Part shown: in pieces, positions 27,419 through 39,470 of the stretch
Numbering within the stretch: the stretch's first letter is position 1
Layout: the number at the start of each line of letters is the position of its first letter
Assembly (NCBI GenBank): GCA_965644295.1
Contig: CBFFRP010000335.1
Span: 147,330 to 211,329 of the forward strand
Direction: 5' to 3'
From: Paraphysomonas bandaiensis
Lineage: Eukaryota > Protista > Chrysophyceae
DNA: 64,000 bases
The notes under the pieces: model-generated
Seen by the model: the letters and a program-made list of their open reading frames with translations, nothing else
The model's database searches: none
Told to the model about the DNA's origin: nothing
Program-made: the position numbers and the translations under genes

Positions 27419-28028
27419 ATGGAACTGCACAAAGCCAGTATTGAAGATGCTGAAGAGATTATGAGGTGAGGGTCGCACCGTTACATGTGAGAGGTCTAAC
27501 CAGTGTCGTTCCAATGATATGGACATCGCCTACATCAGAGTCATAAATGAAGCGTATATAGTTGAGACAGGAAACTCTGGGTATGCTTTTAAACACGGTT
27601 CTCGCTTTTCGCAACCATTGGAGCCATTCATGGAGTTAGCATATCAAGAAGGTCGAATAATCAAAGTTGTAGATATCGAGACAAGCAGCATTGTAGGAGC
27701 GACCTATTGGATCATTTCGGAGCACGATACTCTCTACTTTGGCCCTTTTGCAGTTAAACCAGACATGCAAGGACGAGGTATAGGGAAAATGATGCTAAAT
27801 GAAATCGAGCGCATTGCTAGGGACAAAGGTCTGCGTTATATTGAAATAAAAGTGGTGAACCATAGAACAGATTTGCTACCATGGTATGAAAAACTAGGAT
27901 ATATACAGACTGGTACAATTCCGTGGCCAGAATCGCGCTTATGTGTACTTACAAGACCTTCACATTTTATTACAATGCGAAGGGAACTGTGTCCCGCAGA
28001 TTCTACTCTCACTAGCTCAACCGCCTAG
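27419..28028 (+). CDS. GNAT N-acetyltransferase (intron 27466-27538)
   Basis: Spliced N-terminus MELHKASIEDAEEIMRVINEAY. Acetyl-CoA motif FAVKPDMQGRGIGK; LLPWYEKLGY. Confidence 0.9.
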
Positions 28029-29192
28029 AAAGAATATAGATGTCGTGGTCACAACACAAAACTATCAACATAAGGATATATAATGCTTAGTATTAAAGAA
28101 ATGTTGCTATGTAATGTTACTATATAGTTTTGAATATATCAGAATGGATACTCTTATGTGCCTCTGTGGGTCCCCATATGTAAATTTCTAAATTACGTGG
28201 TCGCACCTCACGGAGCAACACATCTATGTCCATGTATTTCTGCATACATATGTTGATACTTTATAATCGTATTAATATACTAGTGATACTTTATTCAGAC
28301 CAGTGTTTCAAAGATCATTAAAAATCTCCTAGTAACTTTAACCAGTTTAACGTTACCCTGACGACATGTCTAGATTTTTACTATTACTATATCATGATTG
28401 TTTTATTATAGATCGCTCATTTTTATGCACTCGTGTGTACTCATAGCTTATCAATTCAAAATATGTATTCCATACTATAACAGTAATCAGAACGGCAGCG
28501 TAACGCGTAACAATGTAACAATTAATCGCTGATTCTAATCGCAATTATTACTTGCTGTCTCAATCAAATAATACTAAATGAAGTACTTATACTTATACTA
28601 CCCATTAGCTGCCAACATAGCTTGCTCAACTGTCACTTTAGCTTTTTGACTTGTAATCTTGCAACGACATAAGTATTCAAAAGGCAGCATTACACTCATT
28701 ACACGCGTATAATATAACGTATAACGACGATCAAATAAAAGCATACTTTGAAGTTTTTTTCTGTGTACATTTCGGAACTACGTAATCGCTCTCTACTATG
28801 AGGTACGATATATATGATATGTGGTATGTGGAATTGATTTCTATACAGAATACGTAGCTAGCGGAACGGAAGCAAGATGAAAGAAAAATGGAAGATTGTT
28901 TCTATCATCGAGGACCTATTAGTGTCCAGCCATGATTCATCTATACATAATTTTGCACTTTATCTAATAATTAAATGTTTTAATCTTTAATCAACATCAG
29001 CGTTGTAAATAACAACTACAAGATATATTGGAGCACACTACGCTCCACCATTGCTCCGTATATGGAGGCATATAAACTATGCTAATAGAATTTCAACTAA
29101 CTTCGGATGGGTAATAAAGAGATACTTATTCATTACTCCTTGTGACAAGATTGATGGGCTATAAAATGAAAGACCAACTCCGAGATCTATAT

Positions 29193-29633
29193 TTATCTTC
29201 CCTGTTGTCTTGATGCTAGTGTGTGGTTTACTACATTCATAGTTTCAAAATACCTACAAATCGTTAGTGCGAGTTAGCTAAACAAAGTACATCTTACCTA
29301 TCGACGCAGTTCGATAAACACGATTGCTCACGAGAATCCAGACCATCGCCACTTTTGCCAGTGCTAAAAAAGAATTACAAGTTTCATCATTTTACGGCCA
29401 CTTCCTTACCACTTCTTGAAGCATGATTCGGTAATCTTACCGACCTGCATAAAATTGATAATTTAGTGGAGTGTATCCAATCAAATAAGTACTCCATACC
29501 AGCTCTTGCATCATCTGAAAATATAGAGTCAGTACACATAATTATATCGTCAAACGTAATTCACCTGTGCTTGGACCTCGGCCTTGACCTTATTCACGTA
29601 CTCCTGTTGCTGTTGAGGTGTTGGTGTAGACAT
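29193..29633 (-). CDS. TIM13: Small Tim chaperone TIM13 (twin CX3C), 5 exons; absent from the ORF track
   Basis: Spliced: MSTPTPQQQQEYVNKVKAEVQAQ-MMQEL-VGKITESCFKKC-TGKSGDGLDSREQSCLSNCVDR-YFETMNVVNHTLASRQQGR*. Confidence 0.88.
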
Positions 29634-30036
29634 TATTTCGATTACTCAATTACAAATTCCTTATTCTATCACAGTAGCTATGATTAATTAGCGCCTGTTC
29701 AAACCCCAGCCTGCCTTAAGACACCACACAGCCTTGTTACGCATACGAATAATACGTACAGACTACATGCATATTCTTGTCACCAGCAGCCAATGAATAA
29801 TATATGACGAGGTTGCAATTACTAAAAATATTTTCAGTTTGTGTCCCTTGAAGTGTTTTTCTTCTGGAAGTCACTCTTCGACTGTCTCCACACACACACT
29901 CCTGCAGAAGAAGTGAATTATATTCTGAAGTGAGTGTATGCACCCCCCCGTCACATGACTATACACTGCAGTCTCCTACAGCCCATTAATAGAACTCATC
30001 TATACTTAAGTCTTCGATTAATATCAATAGGAAATA

Positions 30037-30613
30037 ATGCCAAGGTAGGAATAGTGTAATTGTATGATCTCCTGTGATGTGTGTATAGAGGTGGAGGATC
30101 CCGCAGCAGCCGCTCAGCACCTTCTCGTGCCCCTCCTTCACGACCAGTGAGCTCAGCCCCACCACCCGCTAAGGCAGCCCCCCCACCCCCTGCCCCTGCT
30201 CCTCGTCCTTCTCCCCCTCCTCCTGCCCAGCAGTCTTCTCAAGGTGATCGCATATGGCTCTTGTGTTGTTGCTGTGTGTGATGAGTGTTGCAGGTGGAGG
30301 TATGCTGTCCGGTATCGGATCAACTATCATGCAGGGTATGGCCTTTGGCACTGGAAGTGCTATCGCGCACAGAGCTGTTGGCGCTGTTGCTGGCTCCTTT
30401 GGAGGAGGTAGCTCTGACCAGCAGCAACAGCAACCAGCCCAGCAGCAGGCTCCCTCTGTTCCTGCCGTTACAGAGTCCAGCTCTGCTGATGGTCCCTGCC
30501 AAGTAGACTTGAAGGCATTCAACAACTGTATGAAAGAAAATAACAACAACGTGTCGGCATGCGACTTCTATTTCCAGGCTCTGCAACAGTGCCAGTCGTC
30601 TAGTAGTTACTAA
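30037..30613 (+). CDS. CHCHD2: CHCHD2/CHCHD10/Mix17 family protein, 3 exons
   Basis: MPRGGGSR start, Pro-rich N-terminus, GSTIMQGMAFGTGSAIAHRAV, twin CX9C (CQVDLKAFNNC..CDFYFQALQQC). Confidence 0.92.
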
Positions 30614-32328
30614 TTGGCCTGAGCGTTGGCCGCAGCGCTGCCGCTGAGCTGTTGTCGATATTGGATTTACTTCTAAAATAATAATTATATATGCTTCTTA
30701 AAATTTCAATTCTAATAGTTTGATGTTGCGTTTATTTGATTAAGTTTTTTGTACACTAAGGCAAATATTAAAATTCGAGATATCACAGTCACTAATACTT
30801 GAACCTTCTGTATTTACCGACGTTCTTTCTCAACTAGAAAGTGTGATTTGTTCCTACTAAACTTTGCCGACGTTCTTATTAAATTAAATATGGCAGCTGA
30901 GCCAAAAGTTGCAGACACTCCTACTAAGTTAAATGTTTTACTCGATTCTACCAAATTTAAGTCGTACGGGACTCCCTGAATCGCGATGAAACCAACAACT
31001 TTAAATGCGCATGTTAAATACGGCTAAGGCTGCATAACAGCTAATTGTTGATTAATAGGCGCAGATTGTAGTCTATTATAATTGCAATCAATTGATGCTA
31101 GATGCTAGACTATAAACTACAAACGAATATACTATATGGGAAATATTATTCAACCTAGTCAAATTGGTTGAATTACCTAGTCACGCTATTTTTGGTAGAA
31201 TAACCTAGTCAAAGTAATAAATGACTCAGTCTAGTCAACTTTGGTATTCAACCTAGTCGTTCTTATATCCATTGATTACACACTGCGACTGTCTAAGATA
31301 CCATCTCACACCACACAATATATTAGTGGCTTACTACAGAGCATCAAAACAATCAAACAAAACAATAAGCTCATATATACATATCTACTTAACACAGGTG
31401 CACGTTGTAAATGCCATAATACTATCACACCTGCTTGTCTCAGTGTTGATGACGAACGTGCAAGCAGTCAAGCATCAAGGAGCCATTCCTCATGAAGACC
31501 ACCTGACATAACATTTTTCAGGAGTAGGGATATGATCCTCAGCATATGATCTCGTCGTCATGATACTTCTTCAGAAGTGCCTTATAGTAAATTAGAGTCA
31601 TGAATGGTTTCCTTTACTTTATTAATATATATACAACTTACCCTTCCTCCATATATATGCATGCTCTAAAAAGTGTGTATCACATTGATTTAAGTTGTTT
31701 GGATTTGGCATACGAGTAGTATGTTACTAATTTGGCATATGCTATATTTGAGGGACGTCTGCAGATCGAAATACGTTCTCGGTTACAATTCTAATGCACA
31801 ACACAGTAGGTCACGAGATGAACGCCACAACTGACTTAACAAGCATTGTTGAGCGAGAAGAAGATATGTATTCATAATATTCTATTCTCTGGTATGTTAT
31901 GTTATCTTTGTATAGACTCTATCAGAAGTCGAACTCTAGAAGTTCTTTTCAAACATGTCGACGGTGCGGGGTACTGCGGCATCTATCTCACTAACCGAGG
32001 AATCCATTGCAAGTACCTGAGTTATGCTTTTTAGCTTCGCTTGTTGACCTGGAGCACACCAGCCCAATGAAGGTATTAGTGCTGTGCTGTTTATGATATG
32101 TATAACCTCCATGTGCAGCCCACGGTGCAACTGTGCCATTACACCTACCGCCCATACAAGCCTGGTACTAGTAGTAGGCAGTATGGGCGCTGGTGCTACA
32201 CATGAAGAAACTATCGCTTCTTCGCATGGGGACCACGGTCGTGCTGAGTTGGGGAAGGGTGGTGCTCTGACTACTGGCCCGAGACAGACTAAAACTGCAT
32301 GCGTGTCATGTTATCTTTGCTTTTTTTC

Positions 32329-33734
32329 TTCTCCCCGCTAATCATTGAGCTTCCTAGTAGTTAGCTCAGCGCCTTTTCGTACGTGTCTATTAATGCTACC
32401 TTTAGTTGAGTAGGTAACTTTAAATTAACGACTGTAATATATACATGTTGTAGGAAAGTTTGCATAATTTTTACACTTTTAGTAGTCTCAACTTTTATTT
32501 TTAATTTTAGTAGTAGCATCTGCAAAATATAGTGGGAACAGATGGAAATTTTGGTAGGTTTGAAAATGACACTCCTGTTACAGTCATCTGAAGTGGGTTG
32601 GTATTTACTGAAAAACAGCTCACAGTGGCTGTAAGTTAAATAAACCTAATTCTGATGTATTTTTCATGTGTGTAGATCATAAATACGTGTTCTTCTTCTA
32701 TCAGATACACTGAATTTTATATCTAAAGTTGTGACGTGATTACGAAATACGATATATATCGGTTCACTATCACTTGGCCTGTATACTTTCCGCCCTAATC
32801 AGTGTTTCATTGTGTGGTAGAAATGAGCATTTCACTGATTGTATCCTTGCTCTACTCTTACTCCTTAACCTTGGTTTGTTGAACACAATGAATTTGAAGT
32901 AAGAAATTAGAATTATTAATCTAAACACTTCACATGAAATCTATTTTTATCTCTTGTGAACATCTACTCTCAGGAAAATAAAGAATTGATCTTTATAATA
33001 GTAAAAAAATGTTGGATTATTATAGTGTAAGTTCTCCCCGCTAATCATTGAGCTTCCTAGTAGTTAGCTCAGCGCCTTTTCGTACGTGTCTATTAATGCT
33101 ACCTTTAGTTGAGTAGGTAACTTTAAATTAACGACTGTAATATATACATGTTGTAGGAAAGTTTGCATAATTTTTACACTTTTAGTAGTCTCAACTTTTA
33201 TTTTTAATTTTAGTAGTAGCATCTGCAAAATATAGTGGGAACAGATGGAAATTTTGGTAGGTTTGAAAATGACACTCCTGTTACAGTCATCTGAAGTGGG
33301 TTGGTATTTACTGAAAAACAGCTCACAGTGGCTGTAAGTTAAATAAACCTAATTCTGATGTATTTTTCATGTGTGTAGATCATAAATACGTGTTCTTCTT
33401 CTATCAGATACACTGAATTTTATATCTAAAGTTGTGACGTGATTACGAAATACGATATATATCGGTTCACTATCACTTGGCCTGTATACTTTCCGCCCTA
33501 ATCAGTGTTTCATTGTGTGGTAGAAATGAGCATTTCACTGATTGTATCCTTGCTCTACTCTTACTCCTTAACCTTGGTTTGTTGAACACAATGAATTTGA
33601 AGTAAGAAATTAGAATTATTAATCTAAACACTTCACATGAAATCTATTTTTATCTCTTGTGAACATCTACTCTCAGGAAAATAAAGAATTGATCTTTATA
33701 ATAGTAAAAAAATGTTGGATTATTATAGTGTAAG
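32329..33734. repeat. Tandem duplication, 2 x 703 bp
   Basis: 32329-33031 is repeated at 33032-33734; no differences were seen by eye. Confidence 0.95.
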
Positions 33735-34450
33735 TAATGAATACGATAGAGTGAAAATTATGAATAACAATATAGAACATAGCTATCATGCACAACGGAA
33801 TAGTTAGAAGTGTAACTGATAATGACGACATTACGATGACGATCATGTATCTTCGACAGATACTCTTTCTATTTCAGTTCATGATATATCTCATTGAGCA
33901 TTATAACTCACAGATACAATCTTGTATTTAGCTGAATCCTAGTAAGGAGCATCTGTTATCATATGTTCACAAGTTACTCCTATATCTTATATAGTCACAC
34001 ATCAGTAACTGAATTTACTACCTTTACACCCGTTACACCTATGAGTTGATTTCACCTATTGCATACTATTAACTCTTCTGACTCTTACACGCCTACTATA
34101 TTGCTAATAATAAGACGTTCACTATCACACTATGAACTCACTTCATTTGCACAATCTATATCGCATCATACTGCAGCACTCAACATTGTGTGTTGCCCAT
34201 TGAGTGCACTCTCATATTTATATATTAAATATAATTGTATATTTTGGTAAATGTAAATGTATTTTTCATCATGTATTTTTTGATTGTATAATTTTAATTC
34301 TCTATCTCCAACTCAAAACAATGGGTATCACGTATTGAAATTAGTGAAAGAGGTCGAAGACGAATGTATATCTCAATTGATTTTTAATAAATGTACTATA
34401 CGAGACTATTTCGGGTGTGCAAGAAGTTAACTACAGTTATACACATAGCA

Positions 34451-37306
34451 TTATTCTCTTTTTCTCTTCAGAGCTGCAGCTGCTCTTGCTACATTCGGCT
34501 TCCTTCTCCCACCACCACTGTGTGATTGCCGCTTATCCATCTCTTCCTTACGACTCTTACCAGACATGTCGAATTGACGTTGAGCCTTCATATTATCACC
34601 GAAATCTGAATCATCTGTGCCCTGATTCTTACGTAAATATTCCACAAAAGGATCGCGACCTTCATTTCTCAGTTTCTCAGCAAAATCGTCCTGCGTTCGT
34701 CTTCTATTTCTCTCTTTCTGGAAAGAAGAGTGTGTAAACGGTACCTCTGCTTCTAGCGCATCTTCTTCCTCAAATTTCTTGGAAACATATGCAGGAAGAG
34801 ATCCCTTCAGTGGGTTTCCTTCAAGAGCATCTTCCCACTCCTTCCAGTCCTTATCAGAAATACCCAGAAGCTTTCGCTTCTCCTCAGCCGTTTCAGCCCG
34901 CACAGCATCATCCTCATCGCTGCCGCCTTTATCATCAACGGTTTCAATCCTACTCATCAGATCACGCAGTTCGTCGTCGTCGCTTTCGGAATCTAAGGCC
35001 ATATCACTATCGCTATCAGTGTTTTTGCGTTTATAGTCCAGCAGTTCTTCGTGATCACCTCTGTAGAACCTGTTTCTATCCGTGCGTTTCTGCGGCCCTT
35101 CACCTGGAGCAAAGAGGCCTTTATCTTTCTTACTATCTGGTGGTGGTGGCACAATATCTCGGCGAACGGGGGGGTATGCGGTGGGTCGTCTTCTAGAGAG
35201 TGGACTCGGGGTAACCACAGAGTGAATAGACGATGTTTTCTCGTCCTCACTTTCTTCCTGGTTAGATTTTATTAAGCCAACCTCAGGGGAATCCACTGGC
35301 AGAGCGGGAACAAGACCGCCCCATCTTAGCTTCCTAACGGCGGAGTAGAAAGTAGGTATCTTCCAGGCAGAACCCTTAGAGACTGTACTGCGTGTGATAT
35401 GACCATCGGACTGACATACGTCCATGACTACGTGCTGCTTGGCTTTAATGGGAGATCTGATTAGACGCCCATATTCTTCACGGAATAATGGTGGGTTGTA
35501 ATCATCCCAGTCGACCTACAGTAAAAATAATTAATTCATAATCAAATACTCTGATATATTCCTTTACCTCATCAATTAGCTCCTCCACAAGCTGTGACGT
35601 GTCTGACCCTGGGTTGTCCATGAATCGACGAAGAGTAACCAAAGGGGTTGGATCCCGGACATCAGCCCCGGCCTCTTCCGGTGATTGAACCCAGTCATCC
35701 TGTCCATTATCACTGCGCATGCCGTCATTTGAGTACCGATGAATCGCAGAGTGCTTCACACGCTTCTGGATGACGCAGTACGAGAACTTCTCCTCACTAT
35801 CCTTACGAATCATTGCAGAATGCGCACGCTGTGAAAACGAACACCAAGATCCCTATTATGTGCCCAGTTCGGAATTAACAAGAATATTCATTAGCGAAAT
35901 ATGGATCCCACCTTTCGTAAAGGGCATACCCCATCGTGCGTGCACGGGGAAATCACCTTGACCTCAAAGTCCTCATATTTTAACCGGGGATGTGATGGCG
36001 GCTGAAGCACGTATCGAACAGCAGTATCTTTGGTAGGAACCGGCTGTGGAGCACCGCTTGAACTGTACATATAGTGATGATACTACATTAAAACACGAAT
36101 ATTTAACAACATGTAAAATTACCCGCTGCTTCCGAAAAGCTCAAGCAGCATCTGCCTCGCTGAACGAGTATGATGAGAGCCCACAGGATTTCCGTTATCA
36201 ATAATCACAAGGATGCCATCCACATCAAGGGCCTCATACATAACTTGGACTGCTGCACGTTTTACTGCATCGCTAGTGAGTTCTGATAGCGTATACGCAG
36301 ATACAGCCATATCGAACCGTTGGTCGTCACCCCTTGCAGCAATGCGGCTAACTACATCAACTGTCTTCGAGTCAAGGGTTACACTTACACCAGCGCCCCC
36401 TGAAACTGCCTGTTTTGTTACTCTTCCTTTATCATGCGTGTCTTGGTGGGTGTATGGCAAGCCCATGCGAGTCGTCATCACCTTGGCGGCATCGAGCATC
36501 GACTGGCTCATATCTACACCATTATATCGACGGACTACATCCCTTCCCCACACATCCACAGCAGCAGCACCAGCAGTACCAGGACCACAACCAAAATCTA
36601 GTATACGCTGTGGCTTGTACTTTGGCAAGATAGTTTTAATTTCTCGGAAGACGCGCCGTGTTATGACATAGCGACTCGGAAAGAAGTAGTTAACGTATGC
36701 TATAGTCTCTTCGGGACCGTAAGGCATCACCCTGTCGGCCTCCTTGGAAGCATCCGATGGAGCAGTGGGCATCCAACCTAAATTACGATACGCATACTTC
36801 CGTTGCAAATCTCTATCAGGCTTGAGCATCCAGTTCTTCACGCACCTTCGGATTTGCTGCGGAGTACGATGCACAGATATCTCTTCCTTGCGCTGCGTAA
36901 CCCAATCAGGAAGATTCTCAATAGATCTGTATGGAACTCTTCCCAACTTTAAGAGCTGTTTTCCAACTTTAATCTGCGGCATAAACTCCTCTCCGATCTC
37001 TTCGAACTCATAGTCCTCATCCTCATAATCATCCTCATCATCAGCAGGATTGTTGGGCAGAGGCGTCTTCTTTCTCGGCATCATATCATCGTCAAACTCA
37101 TCGTCTGTGTCCTCCTCTATAAGGACGGGCTTATCTAGTATCCTATCTAGAGGGTTCTTCATATTGAACGGTGTGTACGCTATGCCTCTATGATGGTAGA
37201 ACACATGCGACGAGCGCCCGCATGAGAGAGACTCGGGTGAAGATGATACACTTACACGACGATTCAATGAACGGAAGCGTCGAGATAATGCAGATACTCG
37301 GAGCAT
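34451..37306 (-). CDS. METTL17: Mitoribosome small-subunit assembly factor METTL17/Rsm22, multi-exon
   Basis: Presequence; PQRILDFGCGPGT, AYTLSEL, PCTHD..CP, CSFSQR, EEKFSY, RLIRSPIKAKQHVVMDVC. Confidence 0.88.
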
Positions 37307-37589
37307 GATGACCGAGAGCTACTATGCGACTAGTGACTTAATCGGATGGTTTGGACTTTAATTCTTCAGTCTCTCGCACCATATACACACACACATCTCA
37401 CCCGTCCACATACACACTACATACACAGAGAGATGGGCACATACAGGCGTATACATACATATACGTGTACGGTATGTGGCATGCATCTTCTATCCATCCA
37501 CTCCCTACAGAATACACTGTACTCTGTCTGTATCCCAGCCATGTATTCTGCTGCAGTACAGTGTATAGAGGCAGTGCAGGTATACTACG

Positions 37590-37723
37590 ACATACATACA
37601 TACATACATACATACATACATACATACATACATACATACATACATACATACATACATACATACATACATACATACATACATACATACATACATACATACA
37701 TACATACATACATACATACATAC
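37590..37723 (+). repeat. (TACA)n microsatellite, ~33 units
   Basis: Direct read; ends ...catac immediately before LTR1. Confidence 0.99.
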
Positions 37724-37929
37724 TGTGGCATGAAACTCCTAGTTTTAGGGCTTGGGAGTTTCTCTCCTTCTGGAAACATGGGGTTTCCCTTCAGGATACG
37801 GTAGTCGAGTGGCAGTAGTTTCATGCCAGACAATTCATACATGATTCTTATCTACATAATAATCATATATTCTAGTCCTGCTCTGTTCTTGCTGTTAGCT
37901 ACGTACTTGTAGGCAGTGGTCTGGGCACA
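37724..37929 (+). mobile_element. Extra or solo LTR (206 bp, TGTG..CACA)
   Basis: Identical by eye to 38034-38239; flanked atac|LTR|atac. Confidence 0.92.
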
Positions 37930-38033
37930 ATACATACATACATACATACATACATACATACATACATACATACATACATACATACATACATACATACATA
38001 CATACATACATACATACATACATACATACATAC
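37930..38033 (+). repeat. (ATAC)26 microsatellite between two LTRs
   Basis: 104 nt, direct read. Confidence 0.99.
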
Positions 38034-38464
38034 TGTGGCATGAAACTCCTAGTTTTAGGGCTTGGGAGTTTCTCTCCTTCTGGAAACATGGGGTTTCCCT
38101 TCAGGATACGGTAGTCGAGTGGCAGTAGTTTCATGCCAGACAATTCATACATGATTCTTATCTACATAATAATCATATATTCTAGTCCTGCTCTGTTCTT
38201 GCTGTTAGCTACGTACTTGTAGGCAGTGGTCTGGGCACAATATCGATATTTTCCTGATTGTCTAGAAGGACTACAGCTTCCGCAAGGAAGGAGTGTGTAG
38301 AGCAAGAAGGGGGATGGCCAGGGGAGCCGATAACCTCTAGCTCGGGTTGTTGAGGGAAGGAGGAGGTTTTCTAGGGACCTCGTAAGCTCCAACCCTGATA
38401 TTGGACTGCAGAGGGATGCAGTGACCATGTAGAGGATCATGGGGACTCAGAGGAAGGCTCAAGT

Positions 38465-39470
38465 GGACTTAGAGGTGTTGCGAAGGAGCAGCAGGGTACT
38501 CTGTCCCTTGATGCAGATAGAGACTCTGATGTGTCCATCTTTGATTAGTGCTTCCGAAAGGAAGGAGTGTGTTTAGTTGTGTATGGGACTTTGAGTGAGC
38601 TGCGAGAGAGCAGCAGGGTACTCTGTCCCTTGTGATGTGTCTATCTTTGATTAGTGCTTCCGAAAGGAAGGAGTGTGTTTAGTTGTGTATGGGACTTTGA
38701 GTAAGCTGCGAGAGAGCAGCAGGGTACTCTGTCCCTTGTGATGTGTCTATCTTTGATTAGTGCTTCCGAAAGGAAGGAGTGTGTTTAGTTGTGTATGGGA
38801 CTTTGAGTGAGCTGCGAGAGAGCAGCAGGGTACTCTGTCCCTTGTGATGTGTCTATCTTTGATTAGTGCTTCCGAAAGGAAGGAGTGTGTTTAGTTGTGT
38901 ATGGGACTTTGAGTGAGCTGCGAGAGAGCAGCAGGGTACTCTGTCCCTTGTGATGTGTCTATCTTTGATTAGTGCTTCCGAAAGGAAGGAGTGTTGTTTG
39001 TTGTGTATGGGACTTTGAGTAAGCTGCGAGGGAGCAGCAGGGTACTCTGTCCCTTGTGATGTGTCTATCTTTGATTAGTGCTTCCGAAAGGAAGGAGTGT
39101 TGTTAGTTGTGTATGGGACTTTGAGTAAGCTGCGAGGGAGCAGCAGGGTACTCTGTCCCTTGTTGCAGATAGAGAGATTAGTGCTTCCGCAAGGAAGGAG
39201 TAAGTTTAGTTGTGTATGGGATTTAGAGTAAGAGAGTAAGCTGCGAGGGAGCGGCATGGTACTCTGGTCCTGGAAATAGATAGAGACTCTGATGAGTTAT
39301 GGGACATATAGAGGAAGCTGTGAGAGAGCGGCAGGGTACTCTGTCCCTTGATGCAGATAGAGAGATGAGTGCTTCCGAAAGGAAGGAGTAAGTTTAGTTG
39401 TGTATGGGACTTAGAGTAAGCTGCGAGGGAGCGGCATGATACTCTTTTCCTTGTGATAGTTAGAGACTCT
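38465..39470 (+). repeat. Internal tandem array of 106-bp structured units
   Basis: cttccgaaaggaag recurs at 38551, 38657, 38763, 38869, 38975 and 39081 (period 106), with rearranged copies at both ends. Confidence 0.95.

Noticed and set aside
32329-33734. 703-bp direct repeats as LTRs
   Set aside because: They abut directly, with no TG..CA ends, internal region or PPT.
38584-38630. Twister ribozyme or canonical kink-turn in the long hairpin
   Set aside because: It lacks the twister loop and pseudoknot residues and the tandem G-A/A-G pairs of a k-turn.
38465-39470. CRISPR-like reading of the palindromic repeat array
   Set aside because: The inter-hairpin segments are themselves repeated rather than unique spacers; the context is eukaryotic and there are no cas genes.
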